A stretch of 64,000 nucleotides of DNA from an uncultured virus (IMG/VR IMGVR_UViG_3300030333_008421) (lineage: Duplodnaviria; Heunggongvirae; Uroviricota; Caudoviricetes). This document shows positions 19,884 to 28,919 of the stretch, in pieces. How positions within the stretch are numbered: the first letter of the stretch is position 1; every line of letters starts with the position of its first letter. The stretch lies in the IMG/VR virus record IMGVR_UViG_3300030333_008421; one strand, 5' to 3'. The notes below the pieces were generated by a model that was given only the letters and a program-made list of their open reading frames with translations, had not been told where the DNA came from and made no database searches. Position numbers and translations under genes: made by a program.

Positions 19884-20330
19884 TTAATCTTGTTCGTAGT
19901 TTTTATCAACGTCAATTAATTTGTCGATTTGTGAGAGAAACTCTTTACCAATTAAAACGGGGTATTCATTCTCAGATCTATCTGCAATAGAAAAAGGTAC
20001 ATCTTCATATTTTTCATCACCAAGTTCTATATCAAATAATACAACAGGTCTTAGTTCTTTGTTACCCGACCCGATATGAATAACAATTTCATCGACTTTT
20101 TCTTTTTTAAGTTTTTTATCGTCGATTGTTTTAATAATTATGTTCTTACCTCTTTTACTTACAACGCTACCATGCAAAACATTATATGCACCGTTTCCTG
20201 AATCAATTTTAGCATCAACTTCTCCGAGGCCGTCAATGCTAATACGTTCAATTAAACCGACAATGTCGTCTGAATCAACGTTTATTTCGTTAATTATATA
20301 ATCATGCCATATGTTCGCAAATCTATTCAC
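19884..20330 (-). CDS. Retropepsin-like (RimK-associated/RimB type) aspartic protease with capsid-targeting-like leader
   Basis: VGLIE, AKIDSGNG, RPVV, SIADRS...VLIG; likely GTG start at 20330 overlapping the Hc1 stop (ORF track start 20342). Confidence 0.75.
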   Translation of the reverse strand: MNRFANIWHDYIINEINVDSDDIVGLIERISIDGLGEVDAKIDSGNGAYNVLHGSVVSKRGKNIIIKTIDDKKLKKEKVDEIVIHIGSGNKELRPVVLFDIELGDEKYEDVPFSIADRSENEYPVLIGKEFLSQIDKLIDVDKNYEQD

Positions 20331-20502
20331 TTTTTCTATCATCTAAAATATTTTTACGTTCATCTCTCGCAATTTTTACTAATTCAGCTAAAGCTTTACG
20401 AGCTCTAGTTGAAGCTGACTTATTGCCCTTTTCAACATATAGGTCAACATTTTTAATGTAAGATGCCACTGTATCTAATATAAGTTGTTTTTTAGAATCC
20501 AT
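20323..20502 (-). CDS. Hc1-like histone H1-like nucleoid protein (59 aa, not in ORF track)
   Basis: Manual translation MDSKKQLILDTVASYIKNVDLYVEKGNKSASTRARKALAELVKIARDERKNILDDRKSE; EKGNK.A.TRARK motif; TATATA-N5-ATG. Confidence 0.8.
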   Translation of the reverse strand: MDSKKQLILDTVASYIKNVDLYVEKGNKSASTRARKALAELVKIARDERKNILDDRKSE

Positions 20503-20523
20503 AAAAATATATATGTTCTATTT

Positions 20524-20910
20524 TTATTTATCAATCTCTAGTTTATCTGACTCACTAAATTCCGGGTCATTACCTTTTAGTAGATAAGCTTTACCGTTAA
20601 CTGGTAATCTTCTTTCTATAGTAAGGAACTTAAGTTGCTCATTAGGAACTATCATTTTTGTTTTTCTATCAGTCATATAAAAAACCGTTGCTTTAAATCC
20701 TTTTCTTACTACTCTAGCTTGTCGACCACTAATATAAATTATATCATCATTTTCTATATTAGAACCTAAAAAGACTAACATTCCTTGAACAAAGTTCATT
20801 ATAAGATCTCTACAAAAAAACGTAGCAGCTACTCCGATAGCTACCCATAGATATTCATTACCTATATTTTGTATTACGGTTTCGAGTTGTTCTTTGTTAA
20901 CTCCTTCCAT
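20524..20910 (-). CDS. Minimal MscS-like mechanosensitive channel domain protein
   Basis: TM segment then RDLIMNFVQG...DDIIYISG..ARV..KG..AT...MIVPN (MscS middle beta-domain); TAAATA-N5-ATG. Confidence 0.65.
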   Translation of the reverse strand: MEGVNKEQLETVIQNIGNEYLWVAIGVAATFFCRDLIMNFVQGMLVFLGSNIENDDIIYISGRQARVVRKGFKATVFYMTDRKTKMIVPNEQLKFLTIERRLPVNGKAYLLKGNDPEFSESDKLEIDK

Positions 20911-20958
20911 AATATTATTTAAGATTGATTAGTAAGGATTTGAATAAATAATCTTCGT

Positions 20959-21651
20959 ATGAAGAAAGCACTATCTTTTCTCATTATGTCGGCTGTGTGT
21001 TTATTCACGCAAGTAAATGTTAAAGCTGAAGGTTTATCTTTGGTTGGAACGCTTCAATATGAAACCGAGCATTATGTTCGTGGTCTTAACTATTCTGATG
21101 ACGCTCTAGGCGTTGGAGTTAACGGAAGTTATGATCTTGGATTTGCAACAGGGTTCGGTGGAGTTTACAACGTTCCTCGCCTTGGTGGTAACGACAGCGT
21201 TAACCATTCGGTATTAGGTTTGAGTCGTCCATTTGAACTATTTGGTCTCACACTTGATAGTTCAATTGAGGTTCAGCATCATAATGCTGCAGTTGATAGC
21301 ACAGAAGTTGGTCTTGGTGTTACAGTTCCCAATCTACCTTTGATTGGTGACTATGCAAGCGTCGGGTTAACTTTATGGGATAATCAAGATCTTGATTATT
21401 CTGGTGTTACTGTTGACATTACAGGTAACCCTTATGATTTACCTGTTCTAAGTGACCTAAGCTTAACACCATATATTGAATTAGGTTCATTCGATTTACA
21501 TGACTACCAGAAATTTGGCGGTACATTAAATTTTAATGGGCTCGATTCTTTAAGCCCTTATGTGAACATTTTCTATCTTAATAGTGATGATTCACCTTGG
21601 GGAGACGAAAACGGTGTAACCGTATCAGCTGGTATCAATGTTTCTTTCTAA
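20959..21651 (+). CDS. Outer-membrane beta-barrel protein
   Basis: Signal peptide ending VKA, alternating beta-strands, HYVRG near N-terminus, C-terminal VSAGINVSF (BAM-type terminal Phe). Confidence 0.75.
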   Translation: MKKALSFLIMSAVCLFTQVNVKAEGLSLVGTLQYETEHYVRGLNYSDDALGVGVNGSYDLGFATGFGGVYNVPRLGGNDSVNHSVLGLSRPFELFGLTLDSSIEVQHHNAAVDSTEVGLGVTVPNLPLIGDYASVGLTLWDNQDLDYSGVTVDITGNPYDLPVLSDLSLTPYIELGSFDLHDYQKFGGTLNFNGLDSLSPYVNIFYLNSDDSPWGDENGVTVSAGINVSF

Positions 21652-21677
21652 TAATTATTAGAAAGAAGGGGAGTCAG

Positions 21678-21704
21678 GGGCTTACGAAAGTAAGCCCTTT
21701 TTTT
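21678..21704 (+). terminator. Intrinsic terminator
   Basis: GGGCTTAC-GAAA-GTAAGCCC followed by T7. Confidence 0.9.
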
Positions 21705-22005
21705 ATGGGTCATGTTTTTCCCCAGGCCTTCTTGTCTCTGCTGGAGGGTTTTGTGGTGGGGAATAAGAAGGCGGGGGTAAAGGTCTAGAAGGAGGTGGTG
21801 TTGGTCTAGAAGGTACTGAATCACGACTTGTTACATGATCCACTCTATTTCTTCTACTATGTCTATGATGAGGGTGATAATGGTCTACAACATAAACAGT
21901 ATGATTCGTATGATGTATATGCCCACCGCAACAATAATCTGATTCTACTACCTCCCAATTAGTGCACCCGGTAAATAAAAAAGCAATTGGGATTAGAATT
22001 CTCAT
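21703..22005 (-). CDS. Small lipoprotein, His-rich and Pro-rich
   Basis: MRILIPIAFLFTG/C lipobox; HHTNH...HYHPHHRH; PTPPPSRPLPPPSYSPP. Confidence 0.6.
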   Translation of the reverse strand: MRILIPIAFLFTGCTNWEVVESDYCCGGHIHHTNHTVYVVDHYHPHHRHSRRNRVDHVTSRDSVPSRPTPPPSRPLPPPSYSPPQNPPAETRRPGEKHDP

Positions 22006-22403
22006 AGTAGAGAATCTAAAGTTCTTTGCATCTTGCTGCTACCGTAAGTATCTTTATCACCTTTAAGTTGCTGAAAGCCTCTTTTAGCTTCTTCGTTTTC
22101 ATCGTTTGATTTTAAATCGTTTATTTTACGAGTAAGCATTTTTTTGTATTTTTCTACCGAACCATAATTTTTAATAGCATGTTTTTTGTCGGGGTTGGCT
22201 CTTAAAGCTTTTAAACTTTCGATATCTTTTTGCTTGTCTGACTTTTCATCCCCTTCTTCACCTTCTTCGCTAGGTTCCGCCATTTCGTCATCGTCAGTAT
22301 TACCAGTGTAAGTCCCACCATGTTGTCTATTTACTTGTAGGTCTAAAGGACCACCATACTCATTTATGAGTTGTTCGAATTTTTTGTTAAATAAAGTTTT
22401 CAT
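22002..22403 (-). CDS. Hypothetical protein with capsid-targeting-like leader
   Basis: MKTLFNKKFEQLINE. Confidence 0.55.
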   Translation of the reverse strand: MKTLFNKKFEQLINEYGGPLDLQVNRQHGGTYTGNTDDDEMAEPSEEGEEGDEKSDKQKDIESLKALRANPDKKHAIKNYGSVEKYKKMLTRKINDLKSNDENEEAKRGFQQLKGDKDTYGSSKMQRTLDSLL

Positions 22404-22404
22404 T

Positions 22405-22707
22405 TTACCAATTTTTGCAGCTTAAGTAACGCGCTGTACCTGGTTTTGCAGTTGAACATTTATGTCTTGCTCTAAAACTTTTACGTCGTTTAGGGTTGCT
22501 CTTTTTAATGCGTCTCTTTGGGTCTCCGTAGTGTATCCGTTTGTATCCCTTACCGGAAGGATTCTTTACACACTTCATATACTTTTTACTAGAAAGGTAA
22601 GAGCTAGCTTGTTTAGTAGTCTTAGTACAGCGACTGCCTTTCTTTTCAAGTATATCTGCTAATTCATATTCTTCACCTAGAAGTAATAATAAATCATCGA
22701 ACTGCAT
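22405..22707 (-). CDS. Small basic Cys-containing late protein (RKSFRARHKC family of large viruses)
   Basis: Start revised to ATG 22707 (TATAAATA-N5); GDP...KKSNPKRRKSFRARHKC...ARY.SCK.W. Confidence 0.65.
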   Translation of the reverse strand: MQFDDLLLLLGEEYELADILEKKGSRCTKTTKQASSYLSSKKYMKCVKNPSGKGYKRIHYGDPKRRIKKSNPKRRKSFRARHKCSTAKPGTARYLSCKNW

Positions 22708-22712
22708 ACAAG

Positions 22713-22724
22713 TATTTATAAATA
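22713..22724. promoter_or_regulatory. Palindromic bidirectional late promoter TATTTATAAATA
   Basis: Perfect 12-bp palindrome; ATG 22707 (-) and GTG 22730 (+) each lie exactly 5 nt away. Confidence 0.85.
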
Positions 22725-22729
22725 TTGGT

Positions 22730-23242
22730 GTGAAGCAAGACGATCTTAACATGAGAAAAATTCTTGAGTCAGGTGCATTAGCATTTAATTCAGGAGATGA
22801 ACCAGCTGGAGGTTACACTCAAGCTAATAGAGTACAGTTAAAGCCATATGATGATAACGATTCAGATGATTTACCTGGCGATACGGTTACTGTTGAAATC
22901 GATAATGAATTGTATGAACTTACACCAGATGAAGTTTCTTTAATAAAAATGATTACAAGTAAGAAACACGATAAAAGATTAGGTGTTGGTGATGAAGATG
23001 AAGAAAGTCGTGGTATATATAGTGTAATTGATACAGAATTAAAAAAAATTCAAGATTATGTTGCAGCAGGTAAAGCTCAAGGACAAGACTTTACTACGAG
23101 AGCAAAAGATTTTATTATGTCTGAAATAACACCATTAACTGCAAATTTATCGGAAACTGAATTAAATCATGTACATCATTATATTGATAAAACACTTGCT
23201 ATGTACACGGGTAGTAGAATTCAAAATCCAATGAGGAGTTAA
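22730..23242 (+). CDS. Acidic hypothetical late protein
   Basis: MKQDDLNMRKILE leader; late promoter. Confidence 0.55.
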   Translation: MKQDDLNMRKILESGALAFNSGDEPAGGYTQANRVQLKPYDDNDSDDLPGDTVTVEIDNELYELTPDEVSLIKMITSKKHDKRLGVGDEDEESRGIYSVIDTELKKIQDYVAAGKAQGQDFTTRAKDFIMSEITPLTANLSETELNHVHHYIDKTLAMYTGSRIQNPMRS

Positions 23243-23877
23243 AACTCGTAGTTAAACATTTCTATTTCTTTTAAACCTTTTTGTCTAACTATTTCTTTTG
23301 TTTCATCATCGTAAAATGTTCTATAATCTTCGGGATATTCTAAACCTAAAACATTTTCTTTATTTTTATTCATAACGTTTGGGTAATAGTATAAATCTCT
23401 TTGAACATAGTCGCACTTTTCAGCTATTATAGGCCACACCTCTTTTATTTCTTCGTACTTAAAAATTTCATCATAATGATACAGTTCATTGTTAAAGGTG
23501 TAATATGATTGCGATTTATATTTTGTTTCCAACCACCATTTAAAATCATTAAAATCTTTAGGATTAAATTCATTACCATACTGTGTAAAAAATCTGTCTA
23601 CATCGATGTCATGAAAATAAAAACTTAATGCATGAGACCAAGGGTTACGAACAAAGTTAAATTTATAATAATTATCTTTAACGTTCTCATAAAGCTCAGG
23701 TAAACGTTCTTTAAAATCACTAAATGAACCGTGCATACCTAAAACTACTTGCCATTTTTCATAACCTTTAGGATCATCTTTAAAATTTTTGTTATCTAAA
23801 AGTGATAATTGTATAGCATGACCACCTGTTTTAGGTACATGGAAGAATAGTAATTTTTTATGATGGTTAATCCACAT
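23239..23877 (-). CDS. Sulfotransferase family 2
   Basis: FFHVPKTGG, FVRNPWS..LS.Y, YR.FYDDET. Confidence 0.85.
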   Translation of the reverse strand: MWINHHKKLLFFHVPKTGGHAIQLSLLDNKNFKDDPKGYEKWQVVLGMHGSFSDFKERLPELYENVKDNYYKFNFVRNPWSHALSFYFHDIDVDRFFTQYGNEFNPKDFNDFKWWLETKYKSQSYYTFNNELYHYDEIFKYEEIKEVWPIIAEKCDYVQRDLYYYPNVMNKNKENVLGLEYPEDYRTFYDDETKEIVRQKGLKEIEMFNYEF

Positions 23878-24481
23878 TTACAGAAGGTAAGTTGGTAAGT
23901 TTTTGATAAACCGTATTTACAACAGCATTATTCTGTCTCAAGCTATCCGGTATATAAGGTAATAAATCTTCAACAGTTAAGTTATCTAATTTATTTCTTA
24001 TATCTGACGCACTCATAGGTGTGTCACCACCTACAGTACTAAACACATCAACAACGAACTCGACCCCTTCAGGTGCATATTTAGCAGCGTTTTTATATCT
24101 TGCTGCATCTTCACCCTTACCACCAACTCCTAAAATAATTTTATCTCCAGGTTGAGTTCTTTCAGCAAAATAATCATAAACAAATTTTACAGGTGCTGGG
24201 TCTTTATGAAAACGAATATTTCTTATCCCTTCATTCTCTGCATATATTCTAAATATGTCTTCTGCTACTTCAGCAGGAACGTATTTACCTGCTTCGGTCG
24301 TTCTTATGCTATTCGGATTTTGAGGATCACTTATAACAACTAGCACCTCATCAGCATCATTTGCATAATGCTTAAACATTTCGAAATGGCCTTTGTGAGG
24401 GGGTTTAAAACTCCCCGGGACTAAAGCTACTGTTCTACCGGGGGTATTTTCTTTAAAGAAAAATTGTTTAAACGTCTTCAC
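23867..24481 (-). CDS. HxGH nucleotidyltransferase (cytidylyltransferase/NMNAT/PPAT superfamily) with capsid-targeting-like leader
   Basis: PGSFKPPHKGH, MSASDIR; start revised to GTG 24481 giving MKTFKQFFFKE, preceded by TAAATA-N5. Confidence 0.8.
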   Translation of the reverse strand: MKTFKQFFFKENTPGRTVALVPGSFKPPHKGHFEMFKHYANDADEVLVVISDPQNPNSIRTTEAGKYVPAEVAEDIFRIYAENEGIRNIRFHKDPAPVKFVYDYFAERTQPGDKIILGVGGKGEDAARYKNAAKYAPEGVEFVVDVFSTVGGDTPMSASDIRNKLDNLTVEDLLPYIPDSLRQNNAVVNTVYQKLTNLPSVNVD

Positions 24482-24485
24482 TCTA

Positions 24486-25781
24486 TTATTTATTAAACTT
24501 CTTGTTATATTGAGCTTTAAATCTTTCGTCAAAATGATGACCTAGCTCTTTAATATATTCGGTAGTCATGCTTTTTTTATCATTTCTAATAATAAATTCA
24601 GGTTTAGCGGCTTCATTAAAAACAGAAAAATCGACTTTCAAAGGTAAACGATGTTCTATAAATTCTTCTAAGTCACAACCAAATAAAATATCGTATACAA
24701 ATAATTCAATATTGTAAAACTTTTGTAAAAGAGTTATAAAGAACGAAAATCTATTAAGTTTTAAATCTTTTTCATAGTTATGAATACCAAAATCCATATA
24801 CTCTTCATACCCTTCTTCTAATGCTTTAATGTAAGGTTCAAGTTCATCATCCGCAGCAGATAATTTACCAGGTAAGGTTTTTAAAAATCTTGTACCGAAC
24901 ATATCAATATTATTGTTAATTTTAATAAAGTTAGAAGCTCTTGTGTATTTTATAGAAGGTGTACAATTTATACCAAATTCATTATCTCTAATTGTAGCGA
25001 ATACCAACCCGTCGAAAGAAGCACCTACACCTCTATTACCTAATATTGCATCGTTTAAATTTTCTTCACCGTAAGTTATAATTTCTAAATTTACCTTTTT
25101 GGTCAAATTGGCAGCTCTTTGCAAAGTAGGTCTGTTTGCTGTAGCAAGATTACCATAAAAAACTATCTTACCGGGTTCAAAATTAGCAGTTTTTCGTTTT
25201 TCTATTTCATTAAGAGGTGTTGAATTTCTTAAAGCATATAATTTTCCGAATGACTCGTTTGCAAAACCTTGTTTACAAAAAGTGTAATTTTTAAAAACGT
25301 CAAAATAAGGGTTTTCAGGTGGTACATTATGACCTAAAGAATGGTATACCATGTTAGGATATTTTTCAATATTTTCTTCTTGATAAAACCAATCAGCAGC
25401 TGCTACTATTTCTTCATGAAAAAAGTTTTGTTCTTTTTGAATATAAACCATTAGTTTATCTTCGTTTCCTTTACCACCATACCCCATTTGAAATATTTCT
25501 GTTTCGAAAAAATTCTTTATATCAGGATAATATCCGTTAACAAAAGCTTCGGGTATAATAATTTTATAAGGTTTTTGCTCTTCAATAGTTTTCTTAAAAT
25601 AAAACCAATCAGGTTGATTTAGGTTACCACCTAATCTTGGTTCTATATAACCACCAATACCGTGATCATAAACTAATGGACCGTCTTTACATAAAAAGTA
25701 GGTAGTATCGTAGTTAAAAATAGTACAATCAGGAGAGAAATTATAGTCTTTTATCCTATCGTGGTATTTTACAAAACCCAT
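24486..25781 (-). CDS. Hypothetical protein (possibly divergent GT-B fold)
   Basis: 431-aa ORF, aromatic-rich, IVFYGN..T.NR and IRDNEF segments loosely GT-B-like; TAATTA-N5-ATG. Confidence 0.45.
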   Translation of the reverse strand: MGFVKYHDRIKDYNFSPDCTIFNYDTTYFLCKDGPLVYDHGIGGYIEPRLGGNLNQPDWFYFKKTIEEQKPYKIIIPEAFVNGYYPDIKNFFETEIFQMGYGGKGNEDKLMVYIQKEQNFFHEEIVAAADWFYQEENIEKYPNMVYHSLGHNVPPENPYFDVFKNYTFCKQGFANESFGKLYALRNSTPLNEIEKRKTANFEPGKIVFYGNLATANRPTLQRAANLTKKVNLEIITYGEENLNDAILGNRGVGASFDGLVFATIRDNEFGINCTPSIKYTRASNFIKINNNIDMFGTRFLKTLPGKLSAADDELEPYIKALEEGYEEYMDFGIHNYEKDLKLNRFSFFITLLQKFYNIELFVYDILFGCDLEEFIEHRLPLKVDFSVFNEAAKPEFIIRNDKKSMTTEYIKELGHHFDERFKAQYNKKFNK

Positions 25782-25789
25782 ATAGGTAA

Positions 25790-27109
25790 TTATTGAAAAT
25801 AAACGCCTTTACCAGGTCCAGGGTTTCTTGTATATGGGGTACCACCAGGGTCTTTACTACTTGCATTATAGTTTGTAGATTGAGCATTAACATTCTGATA
25901 ACCGTTACCAAAATTAACACCGGGTGCTGATTGTTCGTCTTCGGGAGACTGTCTAAATTTACTAGTCATACCCTGGGTAATAAAATCACCTGTTATTTTA
26001 AAAGGTGGGTCTGTGTTAATAACAATACCTTCGTGATCACTAGCATTACCGTAATCGGAGCTATAACTACGCAGCATTTCATTACCCAAATCAATGGTTG
26101 CTTTGTACATTAATGCACCGTTTATAGCATCAAGTACTGAATCAGCATCATAGATTGCACTTACGGGCATATCACCAGTAAAAACATTAAAATAATTTTC
26201 TTTACTAACCGCTGGAGAAGTCTTACCGTTAACAGCTTTTGTTGTTTTGTTTATAGGGTTATAAGCTGCTGCTAACCACTCACCTAAAGTTTTTGTTTCA
26301 ACCTGTTGCGGCTCAACTTTTATTTCCACGGGTTGATTTATAACAGATTCAAAATCAGGATCTTTTATCTTTTTAACGGGAATAGTAGATATAATATCAA
26401 AACCATATTCAAGACCTATAGGCTTAACCTTTTCAACTAAACTTTCTAAAGCATCTTTATCATAAGGAACGGCTTTTGAAGTACCCTTTTCAGGTTGCTT
26501 TAGACCAGAAACGGGGTTTATTACTTCTTTACGTTTAGCACCTTTACGAACTAAATTACCATGCCTATCATGCTTTTCCATGAACTGATTTATGCCATGT
26601 AAAGCTAAAAAGTCTTTATCATATTCTACAACATTAGTTGTTTGTTGTACAAATTCTGAATTAATAAACTTTGATGGGTCATTCCATAAACCTAAAGTTC
26701 TTAACTCTTGTCCAATCTGAGGTAAAGCTGTATTAAAAATACTTAAAATTATTTCACCAGATTTTACCATACCATGAGGTGAACCATCCTTAGTTTTAAA
26801 TCTATCTTCTAGTTTATCTATAGTAACACCTTCTACATCAATAGTAGCCATTGAACCTCTATCTAATGCAAACTGCCTGTTACCGTTTTCGTCTTCAACT
26901 AGTTTAATACTTACATTCGTGCCATCAATCTTTAGTGACCCACCTAACCTATCTAAATAAACAGGTGCTTCGTTGAATTTAGCAATAAGGTCTTCACCAT
27001 CTTTTACCTCAGGTAAATCAAAAGGGTGCTTCATATGACCTGCAGCACCGCCTTCATTTAATAAAACGTTGCTATAAGCTTCAAATATTAATTCATGTTC
27101 AAATTTCAT
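25790..27109 (-). CDS. Covalent nucleotidyltransferase (ATP-dependent ligase-like) protein with capsid-targeting-like leader
   Basis: LLNE/GGAAGHMKHPFD; motifs KIDG (I), NSEFV (III), HEGIVI (IV), FKITG (V). Confidence 0.65.
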   Translation of the reverse strand: MKFEHELIFEAYSNVLLNEGGAAGHMKHPFDLPEVKDGEDLIAKFNEAPVYLDRLGGSLKIDGTNVSIKLVEDENGNRQFALDRGSMATIDVEGVTIDKLEDRFKTKDGSPHGMVKSGEIILSIFNTALPQIGQELRTLGLWNDPSKFINSEFVQQTTNVVEYDKDFLALHGINQFMEKHDRHGNLVRKGAKRKEVINPVSGLKQPEKGTSKAVPYDKDALESLVEKVKPIGLEYGFDIISTIPVKKIKDPDFESVINQPVEIKVEPQQVETKTLGEWLAAAYNPINKTTKAVNGKTSPAVSKENYFNVFTGDMPVSAIYDADSVLDAINGALMYKATIDLGNEMLRSYSSDYGNASDHEGIVINTDPPFKITGDFITQGMTSKFRQSPEDEQSAPGVNFGNGYQNVNAQSTNYNASSKDPGGTPYTRNPGPGKGVYFQ

Positions 27110-28554
27110 TAGTCTGCTAATATTATTCTTGGTGATTTTGCAAATACAGTTTGAGATCTAAATTTACCCCCTTCAAATACATCGATATCTATATCGAATT
27201 TTATTTGAGGTACTCTTTCCAACTGAGAGTATATTTTTTCTAAATTTGGATCTTTACAATCAATAGCTACCATGGTAAAATTATTATCATTACCTGCAGT
27301 CAAGTAGTCAAACTCAACTACTTCTTGATATCCAATTATTGCTATAGCACCAACTAAACGTTGAAAGTTTTGATAATTTTCTCTGGGGTTAAATTGAGTA
27401 AAATCTCTTCCTGTAAAAAAGTTTCTTAACTGGTCTTTACCATTTTTAAATACATGACCGTAAGTTTTAAGTTCTGAAAATACGGTAATATAAGTGTCAA
27501 TATCGTCACCTGTTTCACTAAACAATGCTGCAATTTGTGACGGTAAGTTAGTAGATTTTTTAGCAGCGCTTGTTAATTTTGATTCTAAATCTGTTTTAAG
27601 TAACCCTATAAGTCTAACACCCGTGTCTCTTCTAGAAGGTTGAAGTGAAGTTTTGGAAATAGGTGTACCCATAATAGCTTCTAATTCAGAATTAATAATA
27701 GTATCATAAAGCCTACTACTTCTTTTACCTTGTATAATTTTTAAATCTTTCCTTACCTTATCAAACAATTTGTTTGCTTGTTCGATGTCACCTTCATTAA
27801 AAGTATCAATAACAATATCTACATGATTAAGAGTTTTTTTAATTTTATCATATTGTAGATCTGTGTATGAACTTCTCTTAGCTAATCTTTCTGAAACCTT
27901 ATTAATGGTACCGTCACCACCTAAAACTGCTCCTGAATCACTAGCACCGTTTGTTTTTATTTCTACTTCATATCCAGACCATTGTAAGTCGCCGCTATTT
28001 CCTTTTTTAGCTGTACCAAAGATAGCAAAAGTAGCTTCACCTAAACCTACAGATGTAGAAGCACCTGGTCTTATAGTTAAATGGGTTGCTTTAATTAAAT
28101 TCGATAATGCATTACCATTTTCGTTAAACTTATCTGGTAAATTATCAACAATCAAATCTACAAAATCCACAATATTGGTTATACCTACTTGATTGAATTC
28201 TAATAACCTGTCTTTTTCTTCAGCAAGATATTTTAGCAATTCAACTGCATGCGAAACATCAGATTCAACTACTAACTCAGTAAACTCTTTTTCAGACTTA
28301 GGTTGGTTACCCCAATCACCGTTATGGAAAATTTCTTTTACATATTTTGTTATGTCTTGCTGTGCTTCAATTTTTACACGCTTATGTAATTTTTCAGCAT
28401 ACTCATCTGGTAACGAATAAGACACCCTACCACCACCGCCACCAAAGTCAAAATCAACAGTTACATTTTCATTAACAGTTTGTCTCGGTGGTTTTGATAC
28501 TTTAGAACCAATTACATCCCCATAGACGTCAGATAGTGGTAAATATTTTTTCAT
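27109..28554 (-). CDS. Putative PD-(D/E)xK nuclease
   Basis: VGLGEATF...SGDLQWSGYEVEIKT gives the E...D...ExK catalytic arrangement; leader ending TVNE. Confidence 0.55.
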   Translation of the reverse strand: MKKYLPLSDVYGDVIGSKVSKPPRQTVNENVTVDFDFGGGGGRVSYSLPDEYAEKLHKRVKIEAQQDITKYVKEIFHNGDWGNQPKSEKEFTELVVESDVSHAVELLKYLAEEKDRLLEFNQVGITNIVDFVDLIVDNLPDKFNENGNALSNLIKATHLTIRPGASTSVGLGEATFAIFGTAKKGNSGDLQWSGYEVEIKTNGASDSGAVLGGDGTINKVSERLAKRSSYTDLQYDKIKKTLNHVDIVIDTFNEGDIEQANKLFDKVRKDLKIIQGKRSSRLYDTIINSELEAIMGTPISKTSLQPSRRDTGVRLIGLLKTDLESKLTSAAKKSTNLPSQIAALFSETGDDIDTYITVFSELKTYGHVFKNGKDQLRNFFTGRDFTQFNPRENYQNFQRLVGAIAIIGYQEVVEFDYLTAGNDNNFTMVAIDCKDPNLEKIYSQLERVPQIKFDIDIDVFEGGKFRSQTVFAKSPRIILAD

Positions 28555-28919
28555 TAGTAATTGATATCAGGGTCATCAGAGAACGTGTTCATATAGTTTT
28601 TCATCATAACTAACATTTCACGTCCATTGTTTTCATTAATTTCATTATCCAATATTTCTGGTGGTATAGTACCTTCAGTAGGATCTAAAACCATTGCTTT
28701 TCTAATTAATCTGATAAGTTCGACTTCGCCTTCTGGTGTAAGTTCTTTAAATCGCGGTTCTTCTGGTTCTTTAATATCAATATCAACCGTTTGTTTATCA
28801 ACCACTTCTTCCCCTGGTGGTAATTGTGGTACACCAGCTGGTACCTCGGGTTGTTCATTAAGAACATTTTTCTTGTTTTTAATTAATGATAAAAATTTGC
28901 TTTTTGTTTTTACGTTCAT
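28554..28919 (-). CDS. Hypothetical protein, basic leader ending VLNE then acidic body
   Basis: Coupled in late operon. Confidence 0.55.
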   Translation of the reverse strand: MNVKTKSKFLSLIKNKKNVLNEQPEVPAGVPQLPPGEEVVDKQTVDIDIKEPEEPRFKELTPEGEVELIRLIRKAMVLDPTEGTIPPEILDNEINENNGREMLVMMKNYMNTFSDDPDINY

